A DNA stretch of 57,447 nucleotides, from contig NW_025215125.1 in assembly GCF_004010195.1 (NCBI RefSeq), forward strand, positions 1 through 57,447, written 5' to 3'. This stretch comes from Chiloscyllium plagiosum. Lineage: Eukaryota. Below the pieces are notes generated by a model. It worked only from the letters and a program-made list of their open reading frames with translations, searched no databases and had not been told where the DNA came from. The stretch's first letter is position 1, and every line of letters starts with the position of its first letter. The position numbers and the translations under genes are program-made. Shown one piece after another: positions 36,425-50,950 of the stretch.

Positions 36425-37900
36425 TGCTTAGCTCAAGGGCAGCAAGGGATGGGCAATAAAGGCTAGTCAGCCAGAGACATCCACATCCCATACCTGATTT
36501 TTAAAAAAAATCCATTCAGATTGTTCCACTGGAACTGTGCTGGGACCAGTGTGCTAGCCAATCACGTCGGCAGGTTTATAGACAGGGCTTTAAACTGACA
36601 GAGAAGACGCAGGGACAGCGTTCAGGTGAAAGGAGCTTTCCAAATCCAAAGCGAAAGGTGAAGCATCAGAGCAGCATGGGAATGTTACCGAAGACAACAG
36701 AAAGGAACAGGATGGAACAAAGTTTAACTAAAACTGTATATCAGCAAATCGATTTGTGACAGGAAATTGTGGGAAAGAGGAAATTATGTTTTATTTTAAT
36801 GGACAAAGTCTCTGCAACAGGGTAGTTGGATTTGTGACACAGAGATAAAAGAGATTTAGACACCAGGGAGATGGGGTTACAGGGCGAACAAAAGGTGGAA
36901 CATAAATATTCAATGGTTCACAACCTTGTGCAAACTCAGGCAAAATGGGTAATGCTAACAATAATGGATAACAGAGACCTTACAGAGAAAGCAGTGGCCG
37001 CAGATCATGAAGTAGAGTCAGTCTGAATGTAAATTCTGGCTACTACTTGCCAAGGATACAAGCAGCAGAACAGTTTTAGCACACCAAACAATATTTAATG
37101 AATACTGCTCGTCACTGCAATAAGCAGGAATTCAATGGAATTTTTAATAAAGGCACTGTGAAAATTTAGTGAAACGTCAATATTCGCATAATCTGGGACA
37201 GTCACACTGACAAGAGTGATATTGGAAGAGGAGTTCGGAGAATTTTTTTTTCAGTGTTTCTTTGAATAAAACATGGTGCAACTGGCTGGAGACGTACCTG
37301 TCTCAGAGCGACAGTTGTGTGATGAAACTTCGTGAATGAGTAATGTCACCTGGACAGATCCTCTGGTAAATTGCGATAAAGTGCAGTTTAAAGAAATATA
37401 AAGTTTTAAAGCGAATCACAGAAAGGACAAGCTCCAACTAGAAAGAAAAATAGCCAATTACATGAGTTGGAGAGGAGAACTGACCAAGGTAAACAGGCTA
37501 AGCAGACTGAAACTTGTGTCTGTAAATGAACAGTGGAAAACATTTGAAGGAACTCAACAAAACTACCCTGAAACAGACAAAACCTCAGCAAGAAATCCCC
37601 ACTCGTCCCTCACTCAGGACAAAATGGATCATATTGGATTATCAGGCTGAGAAGATCACTACAAAGTACTTAAAAAATCCTGAAATGAGAGAGTGTTTTA
37701 GGAGTAAGTTTTGAAGGGATTGCAAAGGGTCTGCTTGCAGGGGGAGGGCAGTGGGAAGGGGAATCATTGTCAGGGTTTATTGACACAATAGGAATAGGGA
37801 GGTGTGAAGGTGTTGGAGAGAGTGGTCAGGAGATGAATGGTGTTACAAAGCCAGTAAGAATTGCTGCAGCTGTGGGGTGTGTCAGAGGTAGGGAGGGAAG
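36425..37900 (+). repeat. Local segmental duplication, copy 1 (SINE tail, old CR1 ORF1 end/endonuclease remnant, purine-rich repeat)
   Basis: Colinear with 44610-46065 (e.g. gtgatgaaacttcgtgaatgagtaatgtcacctgga; ccctcactcaggacaaaatggatcatatt). Confidence 0.9.
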
Positions 37901-37989
37901 GATATATGTATTTTTATTTATTCTTTCATGGGATGTGGGTGTCACTGCCTAGACCAGCATTCTTTGACCCCATGCTATTATACAGAGAT

Positions 37990-40900
37990 TGCTGGGGTCA
38001 TTTTGGATATATTTAATACTTGCTGGACACAGGTGAAGTGCTGAATGACTGGAGGATAGCTAATGTGGTTCCTTTGTTCAAGAAGGGCAGCAGGGGTAGG
38101 CTAGGTAATTACAGAGCAGATAGTCTGACAGCAGGGGAGGGAAATTATTGGAAACAATTGTGAGGATGAATCGACACTTGCAAAGGTAAGGATCAACTTG
38201 GTTTAGTCATCATGGATTTGGCAGAGGAAGATACTGTCTGAGGAATTCAGTTCAGTTTTTTTGAAATGGTGCTTAAATATATTGATGAGGGCAGTGCAGA
38301 TGATGTGGTTTACATGGACTTGAATAAGTCCTTCAACAAGATCCAACATGGAAGGCTGGTCCAAAGGACTGGGTCCCAAGGCAAGTTGGCAAATTGGATG
38401 TAAAATTGGTGGATAGAATACTTTCACCAGTGGATGTACCACAGGGAACTGTGCAGGAACCATTGCTGGTTATTCTGTCAAATAGTAACTTTGAAGTGAA
38501 AGCAGAAGGTATCAAGAGTAGGTCTGCAGATCACATGAAAGGTAAGGGTGTTGTTCACAGTGAGGAGGATGGTCTCCGTCTGCAGTCCGATGTCCATCGG
38601 ATGATAATCTAAACAGAGTTTAGCTCTGGTCGAAGTGAGGTTATACTTTGTGGGAGGTATGACAATTGAAGGACAGACATAATGAACGATAAGTCCTTGC
38701 GGAGTACTGAAGAGTACAGGGACCATGGTTGACATGTCCATAGATCCCTGAAGGTGTCAGCACAGGGAGACAGGGTGGGAAAGGCACCTCAACTGGGAGC
38801 AGGAGATTGACCCATATCCTGGTGGGGTGAATTGCTAGAGCTGTTCGAGAGGATGTAACCGAGGGTTAAAGGCCAGAAAGAAGATTGAGGCTCGTACACA
38901 AGTTAAAAGAGAGTGATTTCAAAAGACCACACAGGCAGGGAATTGGGGAAAACTGGTTATTAAACTACATGTAGTTCAATGCAAGGGACCTGACAGCTAA
39001 GGAACCTGACAGCTAAGGAAGATGAACTCAGGGCATGAACATCAGACTGGGAGATATAGTTATCACAGAAACACAGCTGAAGGAGAGGCAGGGCTGGCAG
39101 CTCACTGTTTCAAGGTAGAGATGCTACAGGAAGGGGAGGCAAGAGAGGACGTGTGGTGGTGGGTTTTGATTGCATGAATCATCCTAGCAGTACTTAGAGA
39201 AGATATTCCTGTGGGATCGCCCAATGAAGCTATGTTAATGGAACTGAGAAATAAGAATTGGTCATCACTTTCATACGACCGTACTGCTGATGTCTAATAA
39301 TCAGTGGGAGACTGAGGAACAAATATATCAGGAGATCTTAAATATCAATCATAATATGGTAGGGGTTTTTGAACTTTCCAAACCTAGACTGGGACTGCCA
39401 GTGTTCTGTGTTTGCAAGGGAGGAATTTGGTAATTGTGTTCCAAAAGATCTCCCAATCAATATGTAAATGGGCTGAAAAGAGAAATGGCAAAACCTGACT
39501 TCCCTTTGGGAAACAAGGTAGGGAAAGGGACTAAGGCATTAGTGGGAAAGCATTTTGCCAAAGTGACCATAGTTCTATTAGTTTGAAAATAGCTATGGAA
39601 AAGGACAAGCGTGGTCTACAAGTTCAAGTTATAAAATGGGGCCAGACCAATCTTGATCATATTAGCCAGGAACTTTCAAAAGGTGATTGCAGAGTCTATT
39701 TACAGGGAAAGGGAAGTCTGTCAAGTGAGAATATTTTAAAATATAAATTGAACGATTAGCGCCAGTATGTTCCTGTTTGTGTGCAGCTCAATGCTGACAG
39801 CACTTGGAAACACTGGCTGTCTATTGAGGGTCTGGTCAAGGAAAAGGAGGCACATGTCAGGTATAGCCAGCTGGATCAAGGGAAGCCCTGAGGAGGGCAA
39901 GGGCTGTCCGAATACACTGTGGGTGGAAATCAGGAATGCAGAAAGTGTACATGCAATAGCCTCGGCAGAGAAGGATAAGGAGAATCCAAAAGTGATTGTG
40001 TAAATATATTGAGTAAAAGAGTAACTAGAGACAAAATAAGGGCCCTTAAAGATCAATGAGGCAATTGATGTGTGGAACTGCAGGATATTTGCTAAGACCC
40101 TAAACATTTTTTTCACTCCAGAACTTACTGTGGACAAAGACTGTGGAACTCAGGGAATGTGGTGTAAAATTATGTCCCAATACATGTGTGAATCATAATG
40201 TAACACATGTATTGGGCCAAGCAGTGGAATGTGGTGAAACGGTTAAAAATTATGTCCCAATACATGTGTGAATCTAACCGGAATGGAGGTGTTGCTTAGT
40301 CCCGTGTGAATCTTATTACACACCTCCCCGTGTGAATCTTCTTATCTGTATGTAACCAGAATGGAATGTGTTTTTTAGCCTTGCTCTGCTGTTCACATGA
40401 ATGTTTATATGAGAAAAGAGTATATCAGCTGGAAAAGTCTCCAGTTCGGTGAGCATGCTCCGGGGTTACGTTTAACCGCCGAGCGAGGGTTGTTGGCAAC
40501 CGCTCTACGAGAACTGACGGCTCCCAGTTCCAGTAACATGTAGAGTGAGTATAAGCCAGACCCGTTGTAAGTATGAGACCTGGTTGTGGCGACGCTGCGG
40601 GGAATAAAATGCTCATATTCTAGCAGACTCGCCTCTTGGTCGTTTGTTCTGTGTCAGACTACTCTCCTACGAACCTGACCTTGAGAATTTTTTAAAACAG
40701 GGAACAAGAGTAATACGTAAGACCACAATTGGAGTTCTCTGCAATTCCAGTCTCCCTGCTCTAGGAATGATGTTGTGAAACTGGAAAGTGCTCAGAAAAG
40801 ATTGACAAGATGTTGCCAGGGTTGTTGCTGAATAAGCTGGGGTTATTTTCCCTGGAGTATCGGAGACTGAGGGGTGACCTGACAGACGTTTATATAAACA

Positions 40901-43490
40901 TGAGGGGTATGCATAGGGTAAACATTTAAGGTCTTTTCCCAGGGATTGGGTAGTCCAAACCTAGCGGGCATAAGTTTAAGTTTAGAGGGGAAAGATTTAA
41001 AAGCGACCAAAGGGACAGCGTTTTCATGCATAAGGTGATGCATGTATGAAATGAACTGAGAGAGAATGTAACAGATACTGATACTATGACAACATTTAAA
41101 AGGTACCTGGATGGGAATATGAAATGTAATGGTTTAGTGGTATATGGGCCAAATGCTGGTAAATGAGATGGATTTATTTAGATCTTCTGGTCAGCATGGA
41201 CGAGTGGGACCGAAGGGTCTGTTTCCATGCTGTACATCTCTATGACTTGAAAAGAGTGCATGTTATAGAAGAGGTAGTGCTGGAAGCTTTATAACACAAA
41301 GGTATGGAAAGCCCCAGGGCCTGATTAACTGTAAGACAGGCGATGCTAGGGAAGAAATTGTGGAGCCCCGAGCAAAGGTATTTGTACCATTGACAGCCAT
41401 GTGAGAAGGGCTGGAAGATTGGAGGGTGGAATAGTGGACAGTGAAGGAGGTTTTCTAAGTTTATAAAGGGATCTTGATGAGTGAATGGGCTGAAAAACTG
41501 TAGAGGGAATTCAATTTGAATAAATGCAGCGTAATAAATTTGGTAAAACAAACAAGGGTAGAACCTATACAATTAATGTTAGGGCCTCGGTTAGCGTTTT
41601 AGAGCAGAGGGACCTACGGGTTCAGGTACATAATTCTCGAAGCTTGCATCACAGGATGGATAAGGCAGTGCTTTGCATGCTTGACTATTGCTCAGTCAAC
41701 TGAGTGGAAGATTTGGGACGTCATGTTGAGATTGTATCGATATTGGTGAGGCCTTTTCTGCAATCCTCTGCCCAGTTCTGATCGCCCAGTTATAGGGAGG
41801 ATTTTATTCCACTGCAGCGGGTTCAGAAGGGATTTACCAGGATGTTGCTGGGTATGGAAGACTTGAGTTCTGAAAAATGGCAGGATAGGCTGAGTCTTTT
41901 TTCACACGAGCCGAGAGATTAAGAGCTGACCTTATAGAAGTTTATAAGCTAATGAGAGATTTACATAGAGTTAATGGTAGCTGCATTTTCCCCAGGATGG
42001 GGGAGTCTCAAGAGAAGGGACCACATTTTTAAGTTTAGAGGAGAAAGATGTTCAAAATAATGACATGAGGGTCAAATTGTTACACAGAGGGCGGTTTGAG
42101 TGTGGAATGAACTTCTTGAGGAAGGGGTGGGTGTGGGTACAATTACAACGTTTTTCAGACATTTGATAAGTATATGAATAGGAAACGTTTGGAGGGATAT
42201 GGGCCAGCAACAGGCAGCTGGGATAGGTTTAGTTTGAGATTATGTTTGGTACAAACCGAAGGGTCAGTTTCCATGCTTTACAACTATGACAAGAATATAG
42301 TTTTGGTCCATTATTTGAGAAACGCTGTGATGGAATGCTAGGGAACAAAAGGCTAATTAGCCAGATGTCAGTGATGGGTAGGTTGTGGAAGTGATTCTGC
42401 CAGGCAGGAGGTACATGCATTTGCAAAGGCAAGGATTGATTAAAGATAGTCAGTACGGCTTTGTGCGTCCAAAGTCAGGTCACACTAACTTGATTGCTTT
42501 TGTTGAAGTGGTGACCATACATTGTCTGCAATAAATTCAGCAGGGCCTTTGACAGGTTTCAGCATGACATACTGGTTCAGAAGGTTAGATCACATGGGAT
42601 CAGGGAGAGTTAGCCAACTGGATACAAAATTGGCTTGACAGTTGGAGACAGAGGGTGGTGGGAGAGGGTTGTTGCTCAGACTGGAAGCCTGTGACCAGCG
42701 GTGTGCTATATAGATCGGGGCATTGTCCACTGATATGTATCATCTACAAAAATGATTTGATTGATAATATAGGAGTAAGTAAATTTGTTAGTAAGTTTGC
42801 AGATGATCAAATTAATAGCGTCGTGTGCAGTGATTATGGTTATCAAAGGGGCTCTTGAACAACGGGGCCAGTGGACCAAGGACTGAAAGATGGTGTTGGA
42901 TTTTGTTGAGACAAACCAGGGAGGACTAACACAGTTAATGGCTTGGACCTGGACAGTGTTGTCGAACAGAGAGACACCAAGGGGTGCAGTTACATTGTTC
43001 CTTGGAAGTGACATTGCAGTTGGACAGGGTGGTGAAAGCAGCATTTGACACACTTTCCTTCATTGTCCAGAGCGTTGATATGAATTGGAGACATTTGTAA
43101 CATTGTCCTAAATATTTGCCTTAGGCAGAGGAGGCTACGGATTGAAAGGTTTATAAAACCATGCGAGGCCTCAGTAAGGTGAAAAGCCAAGGGTAGATGA
43201 GTCCAAAACTAGAGGGTATACACGGGAGGTGAGAGAGCAAGGATTTAAAGAGGGAGCTGAGCAGCAACATTAGCCACAGAGGATGGTGCATAGACGGAAC
43301 GGGCTGCCAGAGGAAATGGTAGAAATGTGTACAATTACAACATGTAAAAGATATTTGGGGAGATACATGGAGTGGAGAAGGTTCGAAGAGATAAGGGCCA
43401 AACGCAGGCAAATGCGACACGTTTAGTATAAGAATCATGGTCAGCATTGATGAGTTGGAGTGAAGGTTCTGTATCCGTGCTACATGACTC
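37990..43490 (+). mobile_element. Stack of degraded same-strand CR1 fragments (RT 37990-38780; endonuclease 38785-40150; 3' ends near 41245, 42290 and 43490), split by a solo LTR
   Basis: Repeated CR1 motifs (gactggaggatagctaatgtgg; ttcaatgcaaggg; gactggaagcctgtgaccag; gggccaaatgctgg; ctatgac tails). Confidence 0.8.
40158..40699 (+). mobile_element. Solo LTR (542 bp, TG...CA, 5-bp TSD GGGAA)
   Basis: GGGAA at 40153-40157 and 40700-40704. Internal direct repeats in the U3-like part, TATA-like gtatat near 40420, AATAAA at 40603-40608, and a CpG-rich R/U5-like part. Confidence 0.85.
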
Positions 43491-44334
43491 TGTATCCAGT
43501 TAAAGAGGAGGAGACTACCGAGATAAGACATGTTGTCGACACTGAAGCAAGTTACAGCGATAGGGATGGTAGGCTGGAATGAAGTACATTTCAAATTAGT
43601 GAAGTCACTATAAGGAGGTTGCAAAAATAGCAAATGTTATAGGATTTAAAAACTATTGAAGACATTGGTCACCAAGATATGACATAGATTCAGTGTTGCA
43701 GTGTGGTTAGTCTTAGTAAAACAGAACTTACATTATGGGCAATGATTGAGCCTGGGGTATGTCTGGGGTATGTCCTGTTAGCTGATGTTTGGAGCCCTCT
43801 CATTGCTCTCTGCTCTGTGCACTGTGAGTAATCTTCCCTCACTGCAGGATTTATTGAAGGCTCCAGATCTCCCTGCCCTTTGTCTCTCTGGCTGACCAAC
43901 CATCTTCAATGAGGTGATGGACACTCAGCAGTTGGGAAGTCTATTGAGTCAGGGCCTTCCTGAGTACGTGTAGGAGACAGAGAGATAGACAGAATGTTAA
44001 ATTAGACTGATGCTGTGAGGGTTACACATGGAAAATAGAACTGTGTCCCACAGAGATCTGGAAAATCTCAGTTTCCATCCCCGGCCTGTGCTGCTGCGTC
44101 TCTCTCGAGTGGAGAGTTCTGTTGGCTCAGGATATGGAGATCCTGAGCGAGAGACACTGACAGAGGCAGCAATTAGACCCACACAGTGAGGGATACCACA
44201 TGGAGAGAGACTGAGTGATATCACCAGAGTGCAGCAAGTTATCAAGATCAAACATTTGTGTCGGAAGAACAGGTTTAGCTTCATGATGCACTGGTGTCAG
44301 TGTTCAGGGATGGGCAATCATTGAGCAGGTGAAG

Positions 44335-44690
44335 TGAAGGTCGAGTGGTATAACTGCTAGAGCATGAATCCAAAACCTCAGCTAATGTACAGGGGAGAAA
44401 GGTTTGAATCCCAAAATCAGAAATGGTAGAATTTGAAATCAATAATTTTAAAAATAGTAATTAACAATCCACATGTAAGTATGAGACCATTGCTGATGGA
44501 CAAAAAAACCCAACACTTGTCCTTCAGGGATGGACATCTGCCCATCCTAACATGGTCTGCACGACATAACCACAGCAAAGTGTTTGCCTCTGAAATGGCT
44601 GAGCAAGTTACTCAGCTCAAGGGCAGCGAGGGCTGGGCAAGAAAGGCTGGTCAGCCAGAGACACCAACATCCCATTCCTGATTTTTAAAA
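44335..44690 (+). mobile_element. Old tRNA-derived SINE with an A-rich tail
   Basis: B-box-like ggtttgaatccc near 44401. The 3' end gggctgggcaagaaaggctgg...catcccattcctga is shared with 36431-36510 and (antisense) 37910-37975. Confidence 0.7.
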
Positions 44691-46065
44691 AAAAAATTTT
44701 TTAAAAAATTACTGGCCAATCATGTCAGTAGGTTTATGGACAAGGCTTTAAACTGACAGATAGGATGCAGGGACAGGGTTCAGGTGAAGGAACATTCCAA
44801 ATCCAAAGAAAGGTGACGCATTGGAACAGCATGGGAATTTGGCTGAAGACAAGCAGAAAGGAACCGAAAGGGACAGAGTTTAACTTAGCTTGTACATCAG
44901 CGAATAGGTATGTGATAGGACATTGTGGGAAAGAGTAAATTATGTATTTTTTTCGCATGGACAAGGTCTCTGCAATAAGGTAGATGGATTTGTGACACAG
45001 AGATAAAAGAAATTTAGACACCAGGGAGACGTGGTTACAGAGCGAACAAAAGGTGAACATAAGTATTAAATAGCTCACAACCTTGCAGAAACTCAAGCAA
45101 AATGCGCAACGAGAACTATAATGGATAACAAAGGCATTACAGAGAAAGGTTTTGGCCACAGATCATGAAGTAGAGTCGGAATGTAAATTCTGGCTACTAC
45201 TTGCCAAGGACAGAAACAGCAGAACAGTTTTAGCCACCGAACAGCATTTCATTGGACATCACTGCATTAAACAGGAATTTTTTTAACAAAGATATTGTGA
45301 TAATTTTGGGAAAGTTCAATATTCGCATAATCCGGGACAATCACACTGACAACATTGATAGTGGAAGGGGAGTACAGATAATTTTTTTTCAGTGTTTCTT
45401 TGAAGAACACATTGTGCAACTGGCTAGGGACATAACTATCTCAGATCGATGGTTGTGTGATGAAACTTCGTGAATGAGTAATGTCACCTGGAGAGATCCA
45501 CCAGGAAATTGTGATAAAGTGCAGTTTAAAGAAATATAAAGTTTTAAAGTGAATCACAGAAAGGACAAGTTACAATGAAAAACAGAAATAGCCAATTGCA
45601 TAAATTTGACAGGAGAAATGACCAAGGTAAACAGGCTAAACAGACTGGAACATGAGTCTGCAAATGAACAGTGGAAAACATTTGAAGGAACAGTGTAAAT
45701 CACTCAAAAAAGTATATTCCATCGAAACAGACAAAACCTCAACAAGAAACACACTCCTGTCCCTCACTCAGGACAAAATGGATCATATTAGATTATCAGG
45801 CAGAGAAGATTAGCAAAACGTGCTTAAAATCCAGAAGTGAGAGTGTGCTTTAAGAGTAAGTTTTAAAGGGATTGCAAAGGGTCTGCTCGCAGGAGGAGGG
45901 CAGTTGGAACGGGAATGATTGTCAGGGTTTAATGACACAACAGGAACAGGGAGAGATGAAGGTGCTGAAAGTGGTGAGAGTGTTACAGAGAGTGTCAGGG
46001 CCTGAACGTGTTACAAAGCCAGTAGGGATTGCTGCAGCTGGAGGTGATGCAGAGATCGGGAGGGA
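44610..46065 (+). repeat. Local segmental duplication, copy 2
   Basis: Colinear with 36425-37900. Confidence 0.9.
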
Positions 46066-49000
46066 CATGGGAGGGAGAGGATCAACCATCTGCTCTTCCA
46101 AAACCACCACGTCAGTGGCCACAGGAATTTTCATACACACTATTGACCATCCTCAGGCCATAGGATTATTCACACACAGTATTGACCATCCTCAGGCCAC
46201 AGGAGTATTCACACGCAGTATTGAATATCGTCAAGGCACTGGATTATTCCCACACAGTATTGACTATTCTCAGGCCACAGGCTTATTACCACACAGCATT
46301 GACCATCCTCAGGCCATCGGATTAGTCATACACATTATTGAACATCCTCAAGGAACAGGATTATTCACACACAGTATTGACCATTATCAGGCCACAGGAT
46401 TATCCACACACAGTATTCACCATCCTCAGGTCACAGGATTTCTCACACACTGTATTGACCAGCCTATGACCACAGGATTTTTGAACACACTGTCTTGAAA
46501 ATTTACAGGTCACAGGATTACTCGCACACTGTATTGACTACCCTCAGGCCATAGGATTATTCAAACACAGTATTGACTATCCGCAGGCCACAGGATTATT
46601 CCCACGCAGTATTGAGCATTCACAGTGCACAGGATTATTCACATACAGTATTGACAATCCTTAGGCCACAGTATTATTAACAAACAGAAATGGCCATGCA
46701 CAGGCCACAGAATATTAACACATGCTATTGACCATCCACAGGCCACAGGATTATTCCCACACAGTATTGAGTAGTCACAGTGCACAAGATTATTCACACT
46801 CGGTATTGATCATCCTTAGGCAAAGGATTATTCACACACATTATTGACCATCATCAGTCCGGACGATTATTCACACACAGCATTGACCATCCTCAGGCCA
46901 CAAGATTATTCACACACAGTTTCGACTATCCTCAGCACGCAGTATTATTAACAAACAGTATTGACTATGCACAGGCCACAGGTTATTAACACACAGTAGT
47001 GACTATTCAATGGCCACAGCCTTATTCCCGCACAGGATTGACTATCCCCAGGCCACAGCCATATTCACACACAGTATTGACTATCCTCAGGCCACAGGAG
47101 TTTTGAACCCACTGCCTTGTCACTTTAAAGGCACAGGATTATTCACACACTGTCTTGACCATCCTCAGGCCACAAGATTATTCACACACAATTATTGACC
47201 ATCCACAGGCCAAGGGTTAGTCACACACGGTATTGACCATTCTCAAGACAGAGGATTATTTTCACATGGTATTGACCACCATTAGCCCACAAGATTATTC
47301 ACACACTGTATTGACTATCCTCAGGCCATAGGATTATTCACACACATCATTGACAAACATTAGGCCACAGGTGTATTCATAAACGGTATTGAGCATTCAT
47401 AGTTCCCAGGATTATTTACACACAGTATTGACAATTCACAGTCCACAGGATTATTCATACAAGTATCCTCCATCCTCAAGCTGCAGGATTATTCGCACAT
47501 AGTATTCCACATCCTCAGGTCTCAGGATTATTCACACATTGTATTGACCAGCCTACGGCCACAGAATTATTCACACACAGTATTGACCATTCACAGCCCA
47601 CAGGATTATTCTCACACAGGATTGAACAACCTCAGGCAATAGGATTAATCACACATAGAGTTGATCATCCTCAAGCCACAGGATTATTCACACATTGAAC
47701 TGACCATTCACTGTCCAAAGGATTATTCACACACTGTATTGACCATCCTCAGGCCACCGGATCAGTGGCACACATTATTGAACATCCTCTGGCAACAGGA
47801 TTATTCACATGCAATATTGACCATTCTCACGCAAAGAATTATTCACACATAGTATAGACCACCCTAATGCCACAGGATTATTCACACACAGTATTGAGCA
47901 TTCACAGTGCACAGGATTATTCACACACAGTATTGACAATCCTCCGTCCACAGGATTACTCACACACAGTATTAACCATTCACAGTCCACAGCATTTTTC
48001 ACACACAGTATTGACCAATCTCAGGCCACAGGAGTATTCACACCCAATATTCAATATTCCCAGCCAACAGGATTATTCACATACAGTATTGACCAGCATA
48101 GGGCCACAGGATTAAGGCACACACTGTCTTGTCCATTTACGAGTCACAGGATTATTACCACACAGTTTTAATCATCCTCAGGCCACAGGGGTATTCACAC
48201 CCAATATTCGACCATCCTCACACTCAGTACTGACCAGCATATGGCCGCAGGATTAATGAACACACTGTCTGGATCTTTTACAGGTCAGAGAATTACTTCC
48301 ACACAGTGTTGACCATCTTCAAGCCACAGGATTATTCACACACAGTATTGACCGTCCTCTGGCAACAGGATTTTTCACACACAGTATTGACCATCCTCAG
48401 GCCACAGGATTATTCACGCACCGTAATGACAATCCTCAGACAACAGGATTATTTGCACACAGTATTGAACATCCTCAGGCCACAGGATAATTCACACATA
48501 GTATTGACCAGCATACGGCCACAAGATTAATGAACACACTGTCTTGACCGTTTACAGGTCACAGAAATATTGCCACCCAGTATTGACAATCCTCAGGCCA
48601 CAGGATTGTTCACACACAGTATTGACGGTCCTCAGAGCACATGATTATTTTCACACGGCATTGACCATCATCAGGCCACAGGATTATTCACACACTTTCG
48701 ACCAACCTCACGCAACATAATTATTCACACACTGTATTGTCCATCCTCAGGCCACAGGATTGTTCACACACTGTATTCAAATAGTATTGATGATCCTCAG
48801 GCCACAGGATCATTCACACACTGTATTGACCAACCACAGTCCACAGGATTATTCACACACCATACTCAACATTCTCAGGCAGCAGGATTATTCACACACA
48901 GTATTGACCAGCATATGGCCACAGGATTAATGAACACACTGTCTTGATCATTTATACATCACAGGATTATTCACACACAGTATTGCCCATCCTTAGGCAA

Positions 49001-49550
49001 AGGGCTATTCAAACACAATATTGATAATTCACAGACCACAGGATTACTCAAACACATTATTGACCATCCGCAGGTCGCGGGATTATGCACACAGTGTAGT
49101 GACCAGTGTAGTGATTATTCACACACACAGTATGAATCATCCTTAGGCCAAGGGTTATTCACATACAGTATTTACGATTCATGGGCCATAGGATTATTCA
49201 CACACAGTATTGACTGCCCTCAGTCCACAGGATTATTCACACAAAGTATTGAGCATTCACAGTGCACAGGATTATTCAGACATTGTATTCACAATTCTCA
49301 GGCCACAGGTTAATTCACACACAGTATTGACCATTCACAGTCCACAGGATTATTCATACACAGTATTGACCATCAGTGGGTAGCAAAATTAATCACAAAC
49401 ATTATTGACCAGCCTCAGGCCACAGGATTATTTACACACTGTATTGACAGTACAGAGGCCACAGGAGTATTCACACACAATGTTCAACATTCTCAGTCCA
49501 CAGGATAATTCACACACAGTATTGATGAGCATATGGCCACAGGATTAATA

Positions 49551-50950
49551 GACAGTAGATGCAGGTGAGGCCATTCTGTGCTTCGAGCCTGCACCACTGT
49601 TCATTGTGATCATGGCTGATCATCCTCAATCAGTATCCTGTTCCTGCCTTATCTTCATAACCCTTGATTCCACTATCATTGAGAGCTATATCCAACTCTT
49701 TCTTAAACAAATCCAGAGACTGGGCCTCCACTGCCTTCTGGGGCAGAGCATTCCACACACACACACCAGTCTCTGGATGAAGAAATTTCTCCTCATCTCT
49801 GTCCTAAATGGCCTACCCCTTATTTTTAAGCTGTGTCCTCTGGTTCGGGAATCACCTATCAGTGGAAACATGTTTCCTGCCTCCAGAGTGTCCAATCCTT
49901 TAATAATCTTATACGTCTCAATCAGATCCCCTCTCAATCTTCTAAATTCAAGGGTATACAAGTCCAGTCGCTCCAATCTTTCGACACAAGATAGGCCCGC
50001 CATTCCAAAAATTGACCTCGTGAACCTACGCTGCTCTCCCTCAATAACCAGAACGTCTTTCCTCAAATTTGGAGACCAGAACTACACACAATATTCCAGG
50101 TACAGAAGAACCTCTTTGCTTCGATATTCAATCCCTCTTGTTATGAAGGCCAGCATGCTATTAGCTTTCTTCACTACCTGCTGTACCTGCATGCTTGCCT
50201 TCATTGACTGGTGTACAAGAACACCCAGATCTTTTTGTACTGCCCCTTTACCTAACTTGACTCCATTCCGGTAGTAAAATGCCTTCCTGTTCTTGCCACC
50301 AAAGTGCATAACCATGCATTTATCCACACTAAACTGCATCGGTTATGCATCTGTCTACTCACCTAACCTGTCCAGGTCACCCTGTAATCTCCTAACATTT
50401 TCCTCATAGTTCACCCTGCCACCCAGCTTTGTATCATTAGCAAATTTGCTAATGTTACTATTAATACCATCTTCTATATCATTAACATATATTGTAAAAA
50501 GCTGCAGTCCCAGCCTTGATCCCGACAGTACCCCACTGGTCACCGCCTGCCATTCTGAAAGGGAGCCGTTTATCACTACTCTTTGTTTCCTGTCAGCCAA
50601 CCAATTTGCAATCCAAGTCAGTACTTTGCCCCCAATACTATGCGCCCTAATTTTGCTCAATAACCTCCTATATGGGACTTTATCAAAGGCTTTCTGAAAG
50701 TCCAGGTACACTACATCCACTGGATCTCCCTTGTCCATCTTATAGTTACATCCTCAAAAAACCAGAAGATTAGTCAAGCATGATTTCCCCTCCATAAATC
50801 CATGCTGACTCTGTCCTATCCTGTTACTGCTATCCAGATGTGTCGTAATTTCTTCCTTTATAATTGACTCCAGCATCTTTCCCACCATTGATGTCAGACT
50901 AACTGATCTATAATTTCCTGCATTCTCTTTCACTCCTTTCTTAAAAAGTG
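49551..50950 (-). mobile_element. 5'-truncated CR1 (RT to 3' tail) inserted in the satellite
   Basis: NYRSVSLTS, QHGFMEGKSCLTNL, VVYLDFQKAFDKV, SKFANDTKL (FADD altered). The satellite monomer is split at ggattaat | acacactgccttgac. Confidence 0.95.

Noticed and set aside
40176..40270. p53 response elements in the solo LTR (repeated ACATGT)
   Set aside because: The flanks do not fit RRRCWWGYYY and the half-sites are not adjacent.
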